From Candidatus Parvarchaeota archaeon (lineage in GTDB: Archaea > Nanobdellota > Nanobdellia > B33-G15), in NCBI GenBank assembly GCA_017608385.1, contig JAFCFZ010000001.1, positions 8,734 through 72,733 of the forward strand: a DNA stretch of 64,000 bases. Reading direction: 5' to 3'. The notes beneath the pieces are model-generated. The model saw nothing but the letters and a program-made list of their open reading frames with translations. It did no database searches and was not told where the DNA came from. This document shows positions 27,065 to 35,937 of the stretch, one piece after another (position 1 is the first letter of the stretch; every line of letters starts with the position of its first letter). The position numbers and the translations under genes were made by a program.

Positions 27065-27631
27065 ATGGATAAAAAACTAATAAAAGATCTTCTTCAAGTA
27101 ACACAAACTGTTGAAAAATTTGTAAAGGAAAATAATATTTCTGGAATTAAGAATTGGTCTGACCATATTATACATTCTGCTACCATTTATCAAGATAAAT
27201 ATTCAATAAAAACAGCCGTTTTAGTTTATGCTTTATCAAATATCTTAGGAGACGATAGATTCAAGATAAAATTCAAAAAAGAGTTTAATACTTTCAAAAA
27301 AAGGGTTCTTACTAATTTAAAAAAAGCAATATTTTATCTTGAACATAAAAATATTCAAGGTTTTGAAACAGAAATGACGGATATTTTAAGAGCAATTGCA
27401 AAAGCAGACGCCAAGTTTTCTGAACATCTTGGAATAATTCTTAGAAAAGCTAAGATAGTCAAAGGAAGTTGGATGCACCATCATGGGATTACTATGGGGA
27501 GAATTGCAAAATTATTAGGAATTACAAAGTGGGAATTAATGAGAAAAGTAGGAAGTATGAAAGAGGATATTCCTGAAAACATTGATAGATTAAAAATAGC
27601 TAGGGAATTTTTTGGTGTTAAAAATGTCTGA
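27065..27631 (+). CDS. Hypothetical protein with a C-terminal HTH-like motif
   Basis: This 188-aa helical protein has a likely helix-turn-helix, GITMGRIAKLLGITKWELMRKVG. It overlaps the next gene by 20 bp. Confidence 0.35.
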   Translation: MDKKLIKDLLQVTQTVEKFVKENNISGIKNWSDHIIHSATIYQDKYSIKTAVLVYALSNILGDDRFKIKFKKEFNTFKKRVLTNLKKAIFYLEHKNIQGFETEMTDILRAIAKADAKFSEHLGIILRKAKIVKGSWMHHHGITMGRIAKLLGITKWELMRKVGSMKEDIPENIDRLKIAREFFGVKNV

Positions 27632-28319
27632 AAAAATAATTGTTTTTGATTCATCTACATTGATCTCAATGTCAAATGTATGTATTTTAGATATATTCAG
27701 AAAGCTCAAGGAGAGATCAAAAATTAGATTTGTTATAGGTCCAGAAGTAAAAAAAGAGGTTGTTGATGATGCTTTGAAGGGAAATAGATTCAAATTTTCT
27801 GGGTTAAGGATTATGAGGCTTATTAAAGAAGGAATTATTGAAGTAATAGGTAATTCACAGATAAATGCAGAATCCCAAAATCTATTGAATATTGCAAACA
27901 GAGTTTATTCCAAAAAAAGATCAAACGTAAAGGTAATTCACAGGGGAGAAATGGAATCAATTGCCCTAATGAAATTTTTGAAAACAGATATGTTAGCTTG
28001 TGATGAAACAATAATGAGATTGTTTTTAGAAGACCCTGAAGAATTAAATTCACTTCTCACTAAACGGCTAAAATCTAAAATAGTTTTTGATAAAAAGATA
28101 CACAAACAGTTTATGAATGGAATTAAGATAAAGGTGATAAGATCTGTTGAAATTGCTGCGATAGCTCATCAAATTGGTCTTTTTGAACCTTTTAGAGATA
28201 TTGTCTTCAGAGGAAGTGCTCAAACTCTTAAAGGAGTTTTGTGGGCTTTGAAAGTCAGTGGTTGCGGTGTTTCTTATGAAAATATGGAAGCATATGTGAA
28301 AGAATTAGTTGGAAAATAA
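27624..28319 (+). CDS. PIN-domain-like protein, hypothetical
   Basis: The start is taken at MSEKIIVFDSSTLIS, which has the N-terminal acidic Asp strand of PIN domains. Further acidic positions lie in GPEVKKEV, HRGEMES and LACDET. There is no zinc ribbon. Confidence 0.4.
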   Translation: MSEKIIVFDSSTLISMSNVCILDIFRKLKERSKIRFVIGPEVKKEVVDDALKGNRFKFSGLRIMRLIKEGIIEVIGNSQINAESQNLLNIANRVYSKKRSNVKVIHRGEMESIALMKFLKTDMLACDETIMRLFLEDPEELNSLLTKRLKSKIVFDKKIHKQFMNGIKIKVIRSVEIAAIAHQIGLFEPFRDIVFRGSAQTLKGVLWALKVSGCGVSYENMEAYVKELVGK

Positions 28320-30908
28320 TTAAATGTCATTTAATTCTGAAAAATCAAAATATTCTAAATCATCTGATTTTTCTTTTGGTTTTTCCTCTAAAGGTTCTTC
28401 TGGACTTTCTTCTTCATCTTCTCCTTTAAAATCGGGTATTTCATCAAATGTTTCTGATTTCTCTTCAAATTTTGGTACTTCTTTTTTTGGTTCAGAAGTA
28501 TAGGCTTCTATATATTTACCCATTTTTGGGATTCCTTCTACTTCCCTCTCAATATTTCTTACTTTCTCAAGAAGCATTTTTCTTTCAAATGATGCGATTA
28601 TACTTCTTGTTTTAACAACAACATCTGGACTTACTGAGATGGAATCTATTCCTATATCAACTAAAAATTCAGTAAAATCAGGGAAAACGCTTGGTGCTTG
28701 TCCACAAATACCCACAGGTACCCCATTTTCATGAGCCTTTTTAACTAAATATTCAATAGCTCTCTTAACTGCTAAGTTTCTCTCATCAAAATAACCCATT
28801 TTTGCTAATTTAGCAGAATCCCTATCTACACCTAAAACTAATTGAGTTAAATCATTTGATCCGATGGAAAAACCATCACATAATTTTGCAAATTCATCTG
28901 CAAGGAAAATGATACTTGGAACTTCTGCCATTAACAAAACCTTAAAATTCTTACTTCTTTCTAATCCTTCTTCTTTCATAATCTGAAGAATTTTCTTAAC
29001 TTCCCAAGTATTTCTTACAAATGGAAGCATTACCCATAAATTCAAAAGATTTTTTTCAGTTCTTACTTTTCTAACTACTTCACATTCCAATCTAAATGCT
29101 TTTTCAAATTCTGAACTTATATATCTTGAACATCCTCTCCAACCAATCATGGGATTATTTTCTTTTGGTTCAAATTTATCTCCACCCTTTAAATCATGAT
29201 ATTCATTTGTTTTAAAATCTGAAAATCTAAGGATAACTGGTCTTGGATTGACTGCGGATGCTACTTTTGTGACTCCTTCAATCAACTTATCAACAAATTT
29301 GGATTCCTCTCCTTTTTCAATTAAGGCATTTGGATGTTCACCTATTTCAGAAGCAACTATAAATTCCTCTCTCATCAAACCAATTCCATCAAATGGAAGG
29401 TTCTTGTATTCATCTATTTTTTCAGGAGCCCCTAAATTCATATATACTCTTGTGGCTGTTACAGGAGCTTCATAATGGAATCCTATTTCTTGTTCTGGTT
29501 TTTTTTCTTCTATCTTAGTGAGACCCATATAAACAAAGCCACTCGTACCATCAGCTGTGATTTCGTCGTTGTCTTTTAATGTAGTGGTGGCTTTTTCTGT
29601 TCCAACAATTGCTGGGATTCCCATTTCCCTAGAAACAATAGCTGCATGACATGTCATCCCACCTTCATCAGTAACAATTGCTGCAGCCCTTTTCATTGCT
29701 GGAACCATATCTGGATCTGTCATCTTAGTTACAATAACATCTCCTTGCTTGACCCTTTCTAATTCAGATTTATCTTTGATTAATTTGACAATACCAGAAC
29801 CCATTCCAGGGCTTGCTCCTAACCCTTTTAGAACTGGATCTCCTTGAGGTTTAGCTGCGCCTTCTTTTGGTTTTGGGCCATCTTTTTTTATTGTTGTTAT
29901 TGCTCTTGATTGAACAATGTATATTCGTCCCCTTTCAATTGCCCATTCAATATCTTGTGGCTTTTGATAATGTTCATCAATTTTCTTAATCATTTTAGAG
30001 AGTTCAATTATTTCCTCATCTGTCATTATTTGTGCTTCTTTCTTTTTATCAGGAACTTCTGTGACAATTGTTTTTCCAGTTAATGGGTCCTTAATCTTCA
30101 TTTTTGTTTGTTTCTTAATTTCTTTGGTTGTAATTTCAAATGAATTTTTATCAACAAGGTATCTGTCTGGATTTATTTCACCAGCAACAACAGTATCCCC
30201 TAGTCCCCATCCTGCTTCAATCATAATTTCTGGTGCACCTGTTGAGGGATCTGAGGAAAACGCAACTCCTGCTTTTTCAGCATCAACCATTTTTTGCACA
30301 ACAACTGCTATTTTTACCTTCATGTGAGGAAAATTGTTTGTTTCTCTGTAAAAAATTGCTCTTGAAGTGAACAAAGAAGCCCAACATGCTTGAACTGCTT
30401 TTGCAACAGCTTCATCTCCCTTGATATTTAAGAAGGTGGCTTGTTGTCCTGCAAAAGAAGCTTCTGGCAAATCCTCTGCAGTTGCAGAAGATCTTACTGC
30501 TATGAACTGTTTATCTCTTGACATCTTCAATAAATCAGGTTTTTTAGAATCAGGAACATTTAATTCTGGAGCCCTTCCACTCATATCTAAATATGCCTTA
30601 ACAATTTGTCTCTTCAATTCGATAGGCATTTTTTGTTTAATAATTGATTTTTGTATTTGATTAGCAACATCTTGTAACTTAACATTATCATTAACATCTA
30701 ATCCTTCTAAGATATCTGTAATATGACTTTTTAGATCAGTACTTATAATAAAGTCCCAATATGCATCTGCTGTAACAACAAAACCAGGTGGGATTGGAAA
30801 TCCTTTGTTATACATCTCTCCTAGATTTGCTCCTTTTCCACCAGCAACATCTAATGAGTCTTTATTTAGTTCTTTAAACCATCTTATATATTTTGAATTT
30901 TGGGTCAA
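28320..30908 (-). CDS. ppsA: Phosphoenolpyruvate synthase (pyruvate, water dikinase) with an acidic C-terminal extension
   Basis: The N-terminus reads WFKELNKDSLDVAGGKGANLGEM. It has a central phosphohistidine region (GGMTCHAAIVSREMGIPAIVG) and a C-terminal PEP-utilising TIM barrel. The last ~90 aa are very acidic (EDEEESPEEPLEEKPKEKSDDLEYFDFSELNDI). Confidence 0.85.
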   Translation of the reverse strand: MTQNSKYIRWFKELNKDSLDVAGGKGANLGEMYNKGFPIPPGFVVTADAYWDFIISTDLKSHITDILEGLDVNDNVKLQDVANQIQKSIIKQKMPIELKRQIVKAYLDMSGRAPELNVPDSKKPDLLKMSRDKQFIAVRSSATAEDLPEASFAGQQATFLNIKGDEAVAKAVQACWASLFTSRAIFYRETNNFPHMKVKIAVVVQKMVDAEKAGVAFSSDPSTGAPEIMIEAGWGLGDTVVAGEINPDRYLVDKNSFEITTKEIKKQTKMKIKDPLTGKTIVTEVPDKKKEAQIMTDEEIIELSKMIKKIDEHYQKPQDIEWAIERGRIYIVQSRAITTIKKDGPKPKEGAAKPQGDPVLKGLGASPGMGSGIVKLIKDKSELERVKQGDVIVTKMTDPDMVPAMKRAAAIVTDEGGMTCHAAIVSREMGIPAIVGTEKATTTLKDNDEITADGTSGFVYMGLTKIEEKKPEQEIGFHYEAPVTATRVYMNLGAPEKIDEYKNLPFDGIGLMREEFIVASEIGEHPNALIEKGEESKFVDKLIEGVTKVASAVNPRPVILRFSDFKTNEYHDLKGGDKFEPKENNPMIGWRGCSRYISSEFEKAFRLECEVVRKVRTEKNLLNLWVMLPFVRNTWEVKKILQIMKEEGLERSKNFKVLLMAEVPSIIFLADEFAKLCDGFSIGSNDLTQLVLGVDRDSAKLAKMGYFDERNLAVKRAIEYLVKKAHENGVPVGICGQAPSVFPDFTEFLVDIGIDSISVSPDVVVKTRSIIASFERKMLLEKVRNIEREVEGIPKMGKYIEAYTSEPKKEVPKFEEKSETFDEIPDFKGEDEEESPEEPLEEKPKEKSDDLEYFDFSELNDI

Positions 30909-31429
30909 GTACTCACCTTTTTGACTTGAAGTTTAAATTTGCAAGGAAGTTTTTTTCCTGCTTTGTCTAAAGCCATTTTGGCTTTTTCAATACCGTTCTC
31001 ATCAACACCTACATACATTATTTCCTGATCTTTTTTAACTCTGGCTGCTGATCCAATAGTTTTACCAAAAGCTTGTTTCATGCCTTTTTGAAATCTATCT
31101 GCTCCAGCACCTTTAGCAATTGGGTTTTCCCTTAAGATGTGATGAGGATGAACTTTGATATGAAAATGATATGCTTTTCCTAAATTGCTACTTAAAACCC
31201 TGTTAGAAGCAACTCTAGCAGATTCTAAAGAAGCATCTCTTATCTGAATAGGGTCTTTTGAAAATAATCCAACTCTATGGGAAAATTCCCTTGTTCTATC
31301 ACCCATATGATATATTGTTATCTTTGAATGTGGAGCTCCAGGAACAAATCCCTTCTTCTTATATCTACTTTGTCTTGTATATGGTCTTTCTAATTTATTA
31401 TAGCATCTTGCTGGTCTTAATTTTGCCAT
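30905..31429 (-). CDS. rpl10e: Ribosomal protein L10e (uL16)
   Basis: MAKLRPARCYNKLERPYTRQSRYKKKGFVPGAPHSKITIYHMGD is the L10e pattern. Confidence 0.85.
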   Translation of the reverse strand: MAKLRPARCYNKLERPYTRQSRYKKKGFVPGAPHSKITIYHMGDRTREFSHRVGLFSKDPIQIRDASLESARVASNRVLSSNLGKAYHFHIKVHPHHILRENPIAKGAGADRFQKGMKQAFGKTIGSAARVKKDQEIMYVGVDENGIEKAKMALDKAGKKLPCKFKLQVKKVST

Positions 31430-31521
31430 AGCAATCTCCAATAGTAATCAAATTTAAAGCTTTTTGTTTTTGAAATGGAATAAACAACAAAAAATTGAAG
31501 TAAAAAATATTGAGATTAAGT

Positions 31522-32061
31522 TTAAGCGTGAGCTGGTTGTGGCTGAGCCGTTTCTGTTAAAATACCTTCTAACTCTGAAAAGTCAATATTTCTAACTCTT
31601 TTCCAATCCTTAGAATCTCTTTTATCTCTACCTAAAGCACTCTCATAAACTTCAATTATTTTTTTGATTGATTCTTTACAAGGTATACTCTCAAGTCTTT
31701 CTTCAAGTTCTTTTGATTTTTTTATTGCTGATTTTCCTTTTATTTTGTGGTGAATATAATGCCCTACAACAGGAATGATAATTGAAGCAATTGTAGCTGT
31801 ACCAATTGTTAACATATTTTCTGGAGTTGGTTCCATTGCGAAAGGCATGATATATTTATCAATTAATCCCATTTTAACTAAATATGCTGTTCCGCCTAAT
31901 TCTCCCAAAAAAAATCCATGCATTATTTCATAATAATCCGCTTTCGCTAATTCTCTCTTATTTTCCAAAATATCTAAAACTAAATCATAACGTTCAGAGG
32001 TTGTGAACTTTTTCACATCTTCTTTTGTTAAATTTCCTAAATCTTCTTTAGTTATTTTCAT
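31522..32061 (-). CDS. Hypothetical protein
   Basis: This 179-aa protein has a central hydrophobic helix and a charged C-terminus. No family was recognised. Confidence 0.35.
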   Translation of the reverse strand: MKITKEDLGNLTKEDVKKFTTSERYDLVLDILENKRELAKADYYEIMHGFFLGELGGTAYLVKMGLIDKYIMPFAMEPTPENMLTIGTATIASIIIPVVGHYIHHKIKGKSAIKKSKELEERLESIPCKESIKKIIEVYESALGRDKRDSKDWKRVRNIDFSELEGILTETAQPQPAHA

Positions 32062-32160
32062 TATTTTATAGTAGTTATAATCATTTAAATATATTTACAT
32101 TTAATAAAGGTTTTGAAAAACTAATTAGATTTAAATCTGTAAAAATTTAACAATATAATT

Positions 32161-32577
32161 ATGGATCCTCTTCTAGACCTAGCTAAAAAGGAGGTTAGGA
32201 TAAGTGACCATATTTTAACAGTTACAATGCCAATGTTAAAGGATAAGAAATTAATCTTGTCTGCAACAAGTCATTTGGAGAATTCTATCAATCATATAAT
32301 GAATTATTTTATAAGAAAGTCAAAAAAACCGATTCCACAAGATAAAGACCTTCTACGAAGGATGTTTATACAACATTACACGGGTCCTCAGGAAATAATA
32401 GACATTGTCAAAAAGATAGACAAGATAAAGAATATGAAGCAACGAGAACAAATAAGCTTCATAAAAGGGAACGATGTAGTCATTCTAACTAACAATTACA
32501 AAACCAATGTTATTAAAGAAGAGGAAATTAAAGAAATTTTAAGTGAGTTAAAAATGTTTTTGGCAAAGCTCGGGTGA
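32161..32577 (+). CDS. Hypothetical small helical protein
   Basis: This 138-aa protein contains LLRRMFIQHY, which matches Rx4-6H-x-Y (a HEPN-like signature, weak). It is 5 bp from the next gene. Confidence 0.35.
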   Translation: MDPLLDLAKKEVRISDHILTVTMPMLKDKKLILSATSHLENSINHIMNYFIRKSKKPIPQDKDLLRRMFIQHYTGPQEIIDIVKKIDKIKNMKQREQISFIKGNDVVILTNNYKTNVIKEEEIKEILSELKMFLAKLG

Positions 32578-32581
32578 AAAA

Positions 32582-32953
32582 GTGATAAGAAGCATTAGTG
32601 TTGAGATTGAAAAAGCAAGAAATTTGGTAAATAACTTTGAAAAACTTCCTGCAAGAGACATAAAGAATATTGTTCAATATTTAATGAGTGCGATTAATAT
32701 GAGATTAATCCATGTTAGTCAAGAATTTGAGGATTTTGATAGGGATTTTTTAGTTGCTTATGAAAATCAAATTCTTTCAAAAGACATGGGAGAGATGTAT
32801 TTTTACTTAAAAGGACTCTACTCAAAGGAGTTCAAAAAATCAGACAGAGACATGGTTATTGTGAAAGGATGGAAAAACAATTTTTATATAAAAAAAACAT
32901 ATTTCAAAAACATAATTGACTCTGTTGAACACTTAATTGAATTAATGGATTAA
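32582..32953 (+). CDS. Hypothetical small protein
   Basis: This 123-aa protein appears to be in an operon with 32161..32577. No family was recognised. Confidence 0.35.
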   Translation: MIRSISVEIEKARNLVNNFEKLPARDIKNIVQYLMSAINMRLIHVSQEFEDFDRDFLVAYENQILSKDMGEMYFYLKGLYSKEFKKSDRDMVIVKGWKNNFYIKKTYFKNIIDSVEHLIELMD

Positions 32954-34012
32954 ATTCAAAGCTATTTCTTCTGCACCATTTGTCCCAACATCTGCTTTTT
33001 CAAGCTTTTTCTTGTATTCTTCGTGATTATCAAAAAATGCGTTTAATTTCTCTTCAATTGCCTCACTAGTAAACCTATTTCTTGAATAGAAATAGTCTCC
33101 AAATCCAAGTCTTTTAACTAAATGAGCATTCATAAATTGTTCAACATGATTCTTTATTGGAAACATGAAAATAGGTTTTTTGTAACCAATTGCCTCAGAA
33201 ATGGTTGAATATCCTCCTAAGGTTATTATTCCCTTTGCTTTTCTAATATAATTTTCAGAAAGAAAGGGGTATAGATACATGTTTCTTCTTTTCATCTTAT
33301 TTTTGAAGAGATTATTGGTAGATATTACAAATTTCTTGTCTTTGAATTTAGGTAAAATTTTGAAAAGAATATCTAACATATCATTAGAAAAGTCAGAACC
33401 ACCTAATGTAACTAAATAATAATCATCTTCTTCAACAACTCCTCTCTCTTTTCTAAGAATTAATCCTGTGTATTCTATCCTTCGGATATGTGATTTAGGT
33501 CTATAAAAGCAAGGAACAAAAACTTTTTCAGAATTTCTTATTAAAAAGCCCATCATTTTTTCTATAACTACTAATTGATTCTTCATATTATTTGGTACTG
33601 AAACTCTCTTAGATTCATCCAAAGCAACAATATGGTTGGTTAAAGAGTAAATTCTTTGATTTTTACTAAGAGCAACCAAAAAAGAGGTAGGTTCTGAGTC
33701 TGAAAATATTAAATCTGGTTTGAAACTATCTATTAATCCAGCAATTTTTAGATAATTCTTTGTCATTTGGATAGGATAATCAAGATTTCTCGCAATAGAA
33801 GCAGAAAGATCAAAAGCAAATTGCTTTTTTCCAAAACTAATGCTATCTATTTTAATCGGGGAGTGTCCCTTTTGTTTTAAATAACTAAATGAATAATCTG
33901 AAGCAATAACCTTACATTCTGCTTTTCCCTTTAATTGTCTTAGAATTGCATCAACTCTTGTTGCGTGTCCTAATCCTACTCCTAAAACCGAAAAAAGTAT
34001 CTTTTTTTTCAT
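32942..34012 (-). CDS. GT-B fold glycosyltransferase (family 1/28, MurG/MGT-like)
   Basis: The N-terminus is MKKKILFSVLGVGLGHATRVDAIL (a G-rich loop with His). The C-terminal half has ITLGGYSTISEAIGYKKPIFMFP, the donor-binding region. Confidence 0.6.
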   Translation of the reverse strand: MKKKILFSVLGVGLGHATRVDAILRQLKGKAECKVIASDYSFSYLKQKGHSPIKIDSISFGKKQFAFDLSASIARNLDYPIQMTKNYLKIAGLIDSFKPDLIFSDSEPTSFLVALSKNQRIYSLTNHIVALDESKRVSVPNNMKNQLVVIEKMMGFLIRNSEKVFVPCFYRPKSHIRRIEYTGLILRKERGVVEEDDYYLVTLGGSDFSNDMLDILFKILPKFKDKKFVISTNNLFKNKMKRRNMYLYPFLSENYIRKAKGIITLGGYSTISEAIGYKKPIFMFPIKNHVEQFMNAHLVKRLGFGDYFYSRNRFTSEAIEEKLNAFFDNHEEYKKKLEKADVGTNGAEEIALNLIH

Positions 34013-34632
34013 ATCAAATAAAAACTCTCCCCATATTTACAATTAGCTTGTTTGCCATAATACACTGCTTTGGCCTCCATTAGGTATTTCAAAGGCTTGA
34101 CCCATATCCATTGGGACTTAAATGCTTCAAGAGCCCGCATCTTTTTGTCAAAGGTGTCAGATATGTCATGAATTATAAATGGTTTATATTTGAACCAATT
34201 CCACAAATTTATTTCAAATTTGAAGGATTTCCCTTGAAATTTGGTTGATTTGAGAAAACGATTCATTATTTGATTAACAGCTAAATGATCTCCATGACCA
34301 TCAAATTCTGAATGATAAAAAACTCTGTCTGGCTTATGTCTTTCAAAGATTCTTCTTAATTCTTCTCTCTTATCTTGATTAAATTCTTCTTTTATTTTAC
34401 CATCTTTTAAACCAAGAAAATATGTTCTATGTGTTCCTAATATTCTACTTGCTTTTTTTACTTCTTTCTTTCTAATTGTTATAACTTCTTCTTCAGGCAC
34501 CCAAAAAGGCCATCCTTGACCATAACTAAAGATTACTGTAACTACTTCTTCTTCCGGAGAGGTCTTTGCTATTGTGCCTCCTACACCTAAAACTTCATCA
34601 TCTGGATGTGACGCAGCCACAAGAATTGTCAT
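34009..34632 (-). CDS. PIG-L/LmbE family N-acetylglucosaminyl deacetylase
   Basis: The start is taken at MTILVAASHPDDEVLGVGGTIAK, where AHPDDE is the family zinc-binding motif. HxxH lies downstream (GHGDH). Confidence 0.7.
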   Translation of the reverse strand: MTILVAASHPDDEVLGVGGTIAKTSPEEEVVTVIFSYGQGWPFWVPEEEVITIRKKEVKKASRILGTHRTYFLGLKDGKIKEEFNQDKREELRRIFERHKPDRVFYHSEFDGHGDHLAVNQIMNRFLKSTKFQGKSFKFEINLWNWFKYKPFIIHDISDTFDKKMRALEAFKSQWIWVKPLKYLMEAKAVYYGKQANCKYGESFYLI

Positions 34633-34636
34633 GTTC

Positions 34637-35137
34637 TTAATTATTTTCAACGTAATTATATAACTTATCAAATTTGTATTTGTACTTCAAACAAAAGATT
34701 CCAAAGAAAAATCCTAAGACAGAACCAACTAATATATCATAGAGATAGTGAGTTCCATTATATACTCTTGAAAAAGCCACAAAAAAGGCTAATAAGTAGG
34801 CATAAACTCTTTTTTTAGGATAATAATAGGAAAAAATCACTGCAAGGAAAAAAGCGTTTGCAGAATGAGCTGATGGAAAGGAATAGAAAAAGTCTGAGGC
34901 TCCATACAAAGGTCTAGGTCTCATAAAAAACAATTTTAAAATAAACACTATCATATTATTGAAAAGAAACCCTACAAATGCAAAAAAACCTCTAGAATCA
35001 TCTTTTACAAACCAATAAACAAACAAAAAAGCAAGAATTAAAGCTGATGAGAGAAAAATATCAAAAATTAATGAGAAAAAATCAAAGATGGGACTCCTAA
35101 ACTGAGAGTAAATCAAAAACGATATAAATTCATCCAT
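34637..35137 (-). CDS. PAP2 superfamily phosphatase (integral membrane)
   Basis: It has the KxxxxxxRP (FFMRPRP), PSAHS (FPSAHSA) and SRxxxxxHxxxD (SRVYNGTHYLYD) motifs and about 5 TM helices. Confidence 0.7.
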   Translation of the reverse strand: MDEFISFLIYSQFRSPIFDFFSLIFDIFLSSALILAFLFVYWFVKDDSRGFFAFVGFLFNNMIVFILKLFFMRPRPLYGASDFFYSFPSAHSANAFFLAVIFSYYYPKKRVYAYLLAFFVAFSRVYNGTHYLYDILVGSVLGFFFGIFCLKYKYKFDKLYNYVENN

Positions 35138-35138
35138 A

Positions 35139-35366
35139 TCACTGCACAGCTATCATTGTAGTGGTTCTTTTGATTTCTTTGTGTTTTCTTGTACCAATAA
35201 CAAAGTCTTGCAATCCTGCCATGGAGTCTACTTCTATTTTTGTTACTAAGTCATATTCTCCATAAACTACTGCAACATCCTTAATTTCTTTTTTCTTCAT
35301 TAAACTTGAGGATATCTTTGTTTCAGATCCTGGTTCGACCACAAATAATACATAGGCAACAACCAT
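35139..35366 (-). CDS. Stand-alone Lrp/AsnC C-terminal ligand-binding (RAM) domain protein
   Basis: This 75-aa protein has VVEPGSETKISSSLMKKKEIKDVAVVYGEYDLVTKIEVDSMAGLQDFV, the AsnC-type RAM domain pattern, with no HTH. Confidence 0.55.
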   Translation of the reverse strand: MVVAYVLFVVEPGSETKISSSLMKKKEIKDVAVVYGEYDLVTKIEVDSMAGLQDFVIGTRKHKEIKRTTTMIAVQ

Positions 35367-35385
35367 TTAGCATCACCAATTGATT

Positions 35386-35904
35386 TTAATCACTCTGTCT
35401 TTTAATTATTTTCCTATTTACAATTGATGAGTTTGGAAGGATTACTAAACTCTTATCTTCTAGCTCAATTTCAGTAAAAACAAGGTTTACTTTGGTAATT
35501 TTTCCTTTAACGCCACTTATTTCCACAAAATCGCCTTCCACAAATATTTTTTGTCTCATTATCAGAAACCCAGATAATGAATTTTGAATAAATTCCTTTA
35601 TAGAATAAAGAATGATTATCAAGAATGAAATTATCATAAAAACTCCTGCTATATTCAATACAAAGTCTCCTACAGGAAATTGGTAAATAGCTAATAAAAA
35701 CGCAAAGAAATACACCACATATTTTGTCCCATTTGCTATGAAAACCCCAGTAGACTCATTCATTTCCAAAGTTCTTTTGATTTGTGGTTTAGAAAGAATG
35801 TGTTCCAACAATTCCTGCAACATTCTTCCACCTAACAATCCTAATAAAATCGAAAGAAATGCAATTACAAAAGGTAATGGTTCCATTTTTAAAGAAACAA
35901 ACAA
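35386..35904 (-). CDS. Small MscS-like mechanosensitive channel family protein
   Basis: Three TM helices are followed by a beta domain (FVEGDFVEISGVKGKITKVNLVFTEIELEDKSLVILPNSSIV) that is typical of MscS. Confidence 0.55.
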   Translation of the reverse strand: MFVSLKMEPLPFVIAFLSILLGLLGGRMLQELLEHILSKPQIKRTLEMNESTGVFIANGTKYVVYFFAFLLAIYQFPVGDFVLNIAGVFMIISFLIIILYSIKEFIQNSLSGFLIMRQKIFVEGDFVEISGVKGKITKVNLVFTEIELEDKSLVILPNSSIVNRKIIKRQSD

Positions 35905-35937
35905 GGTTTTTATAAAAATTGTCTTTTACATATTATT

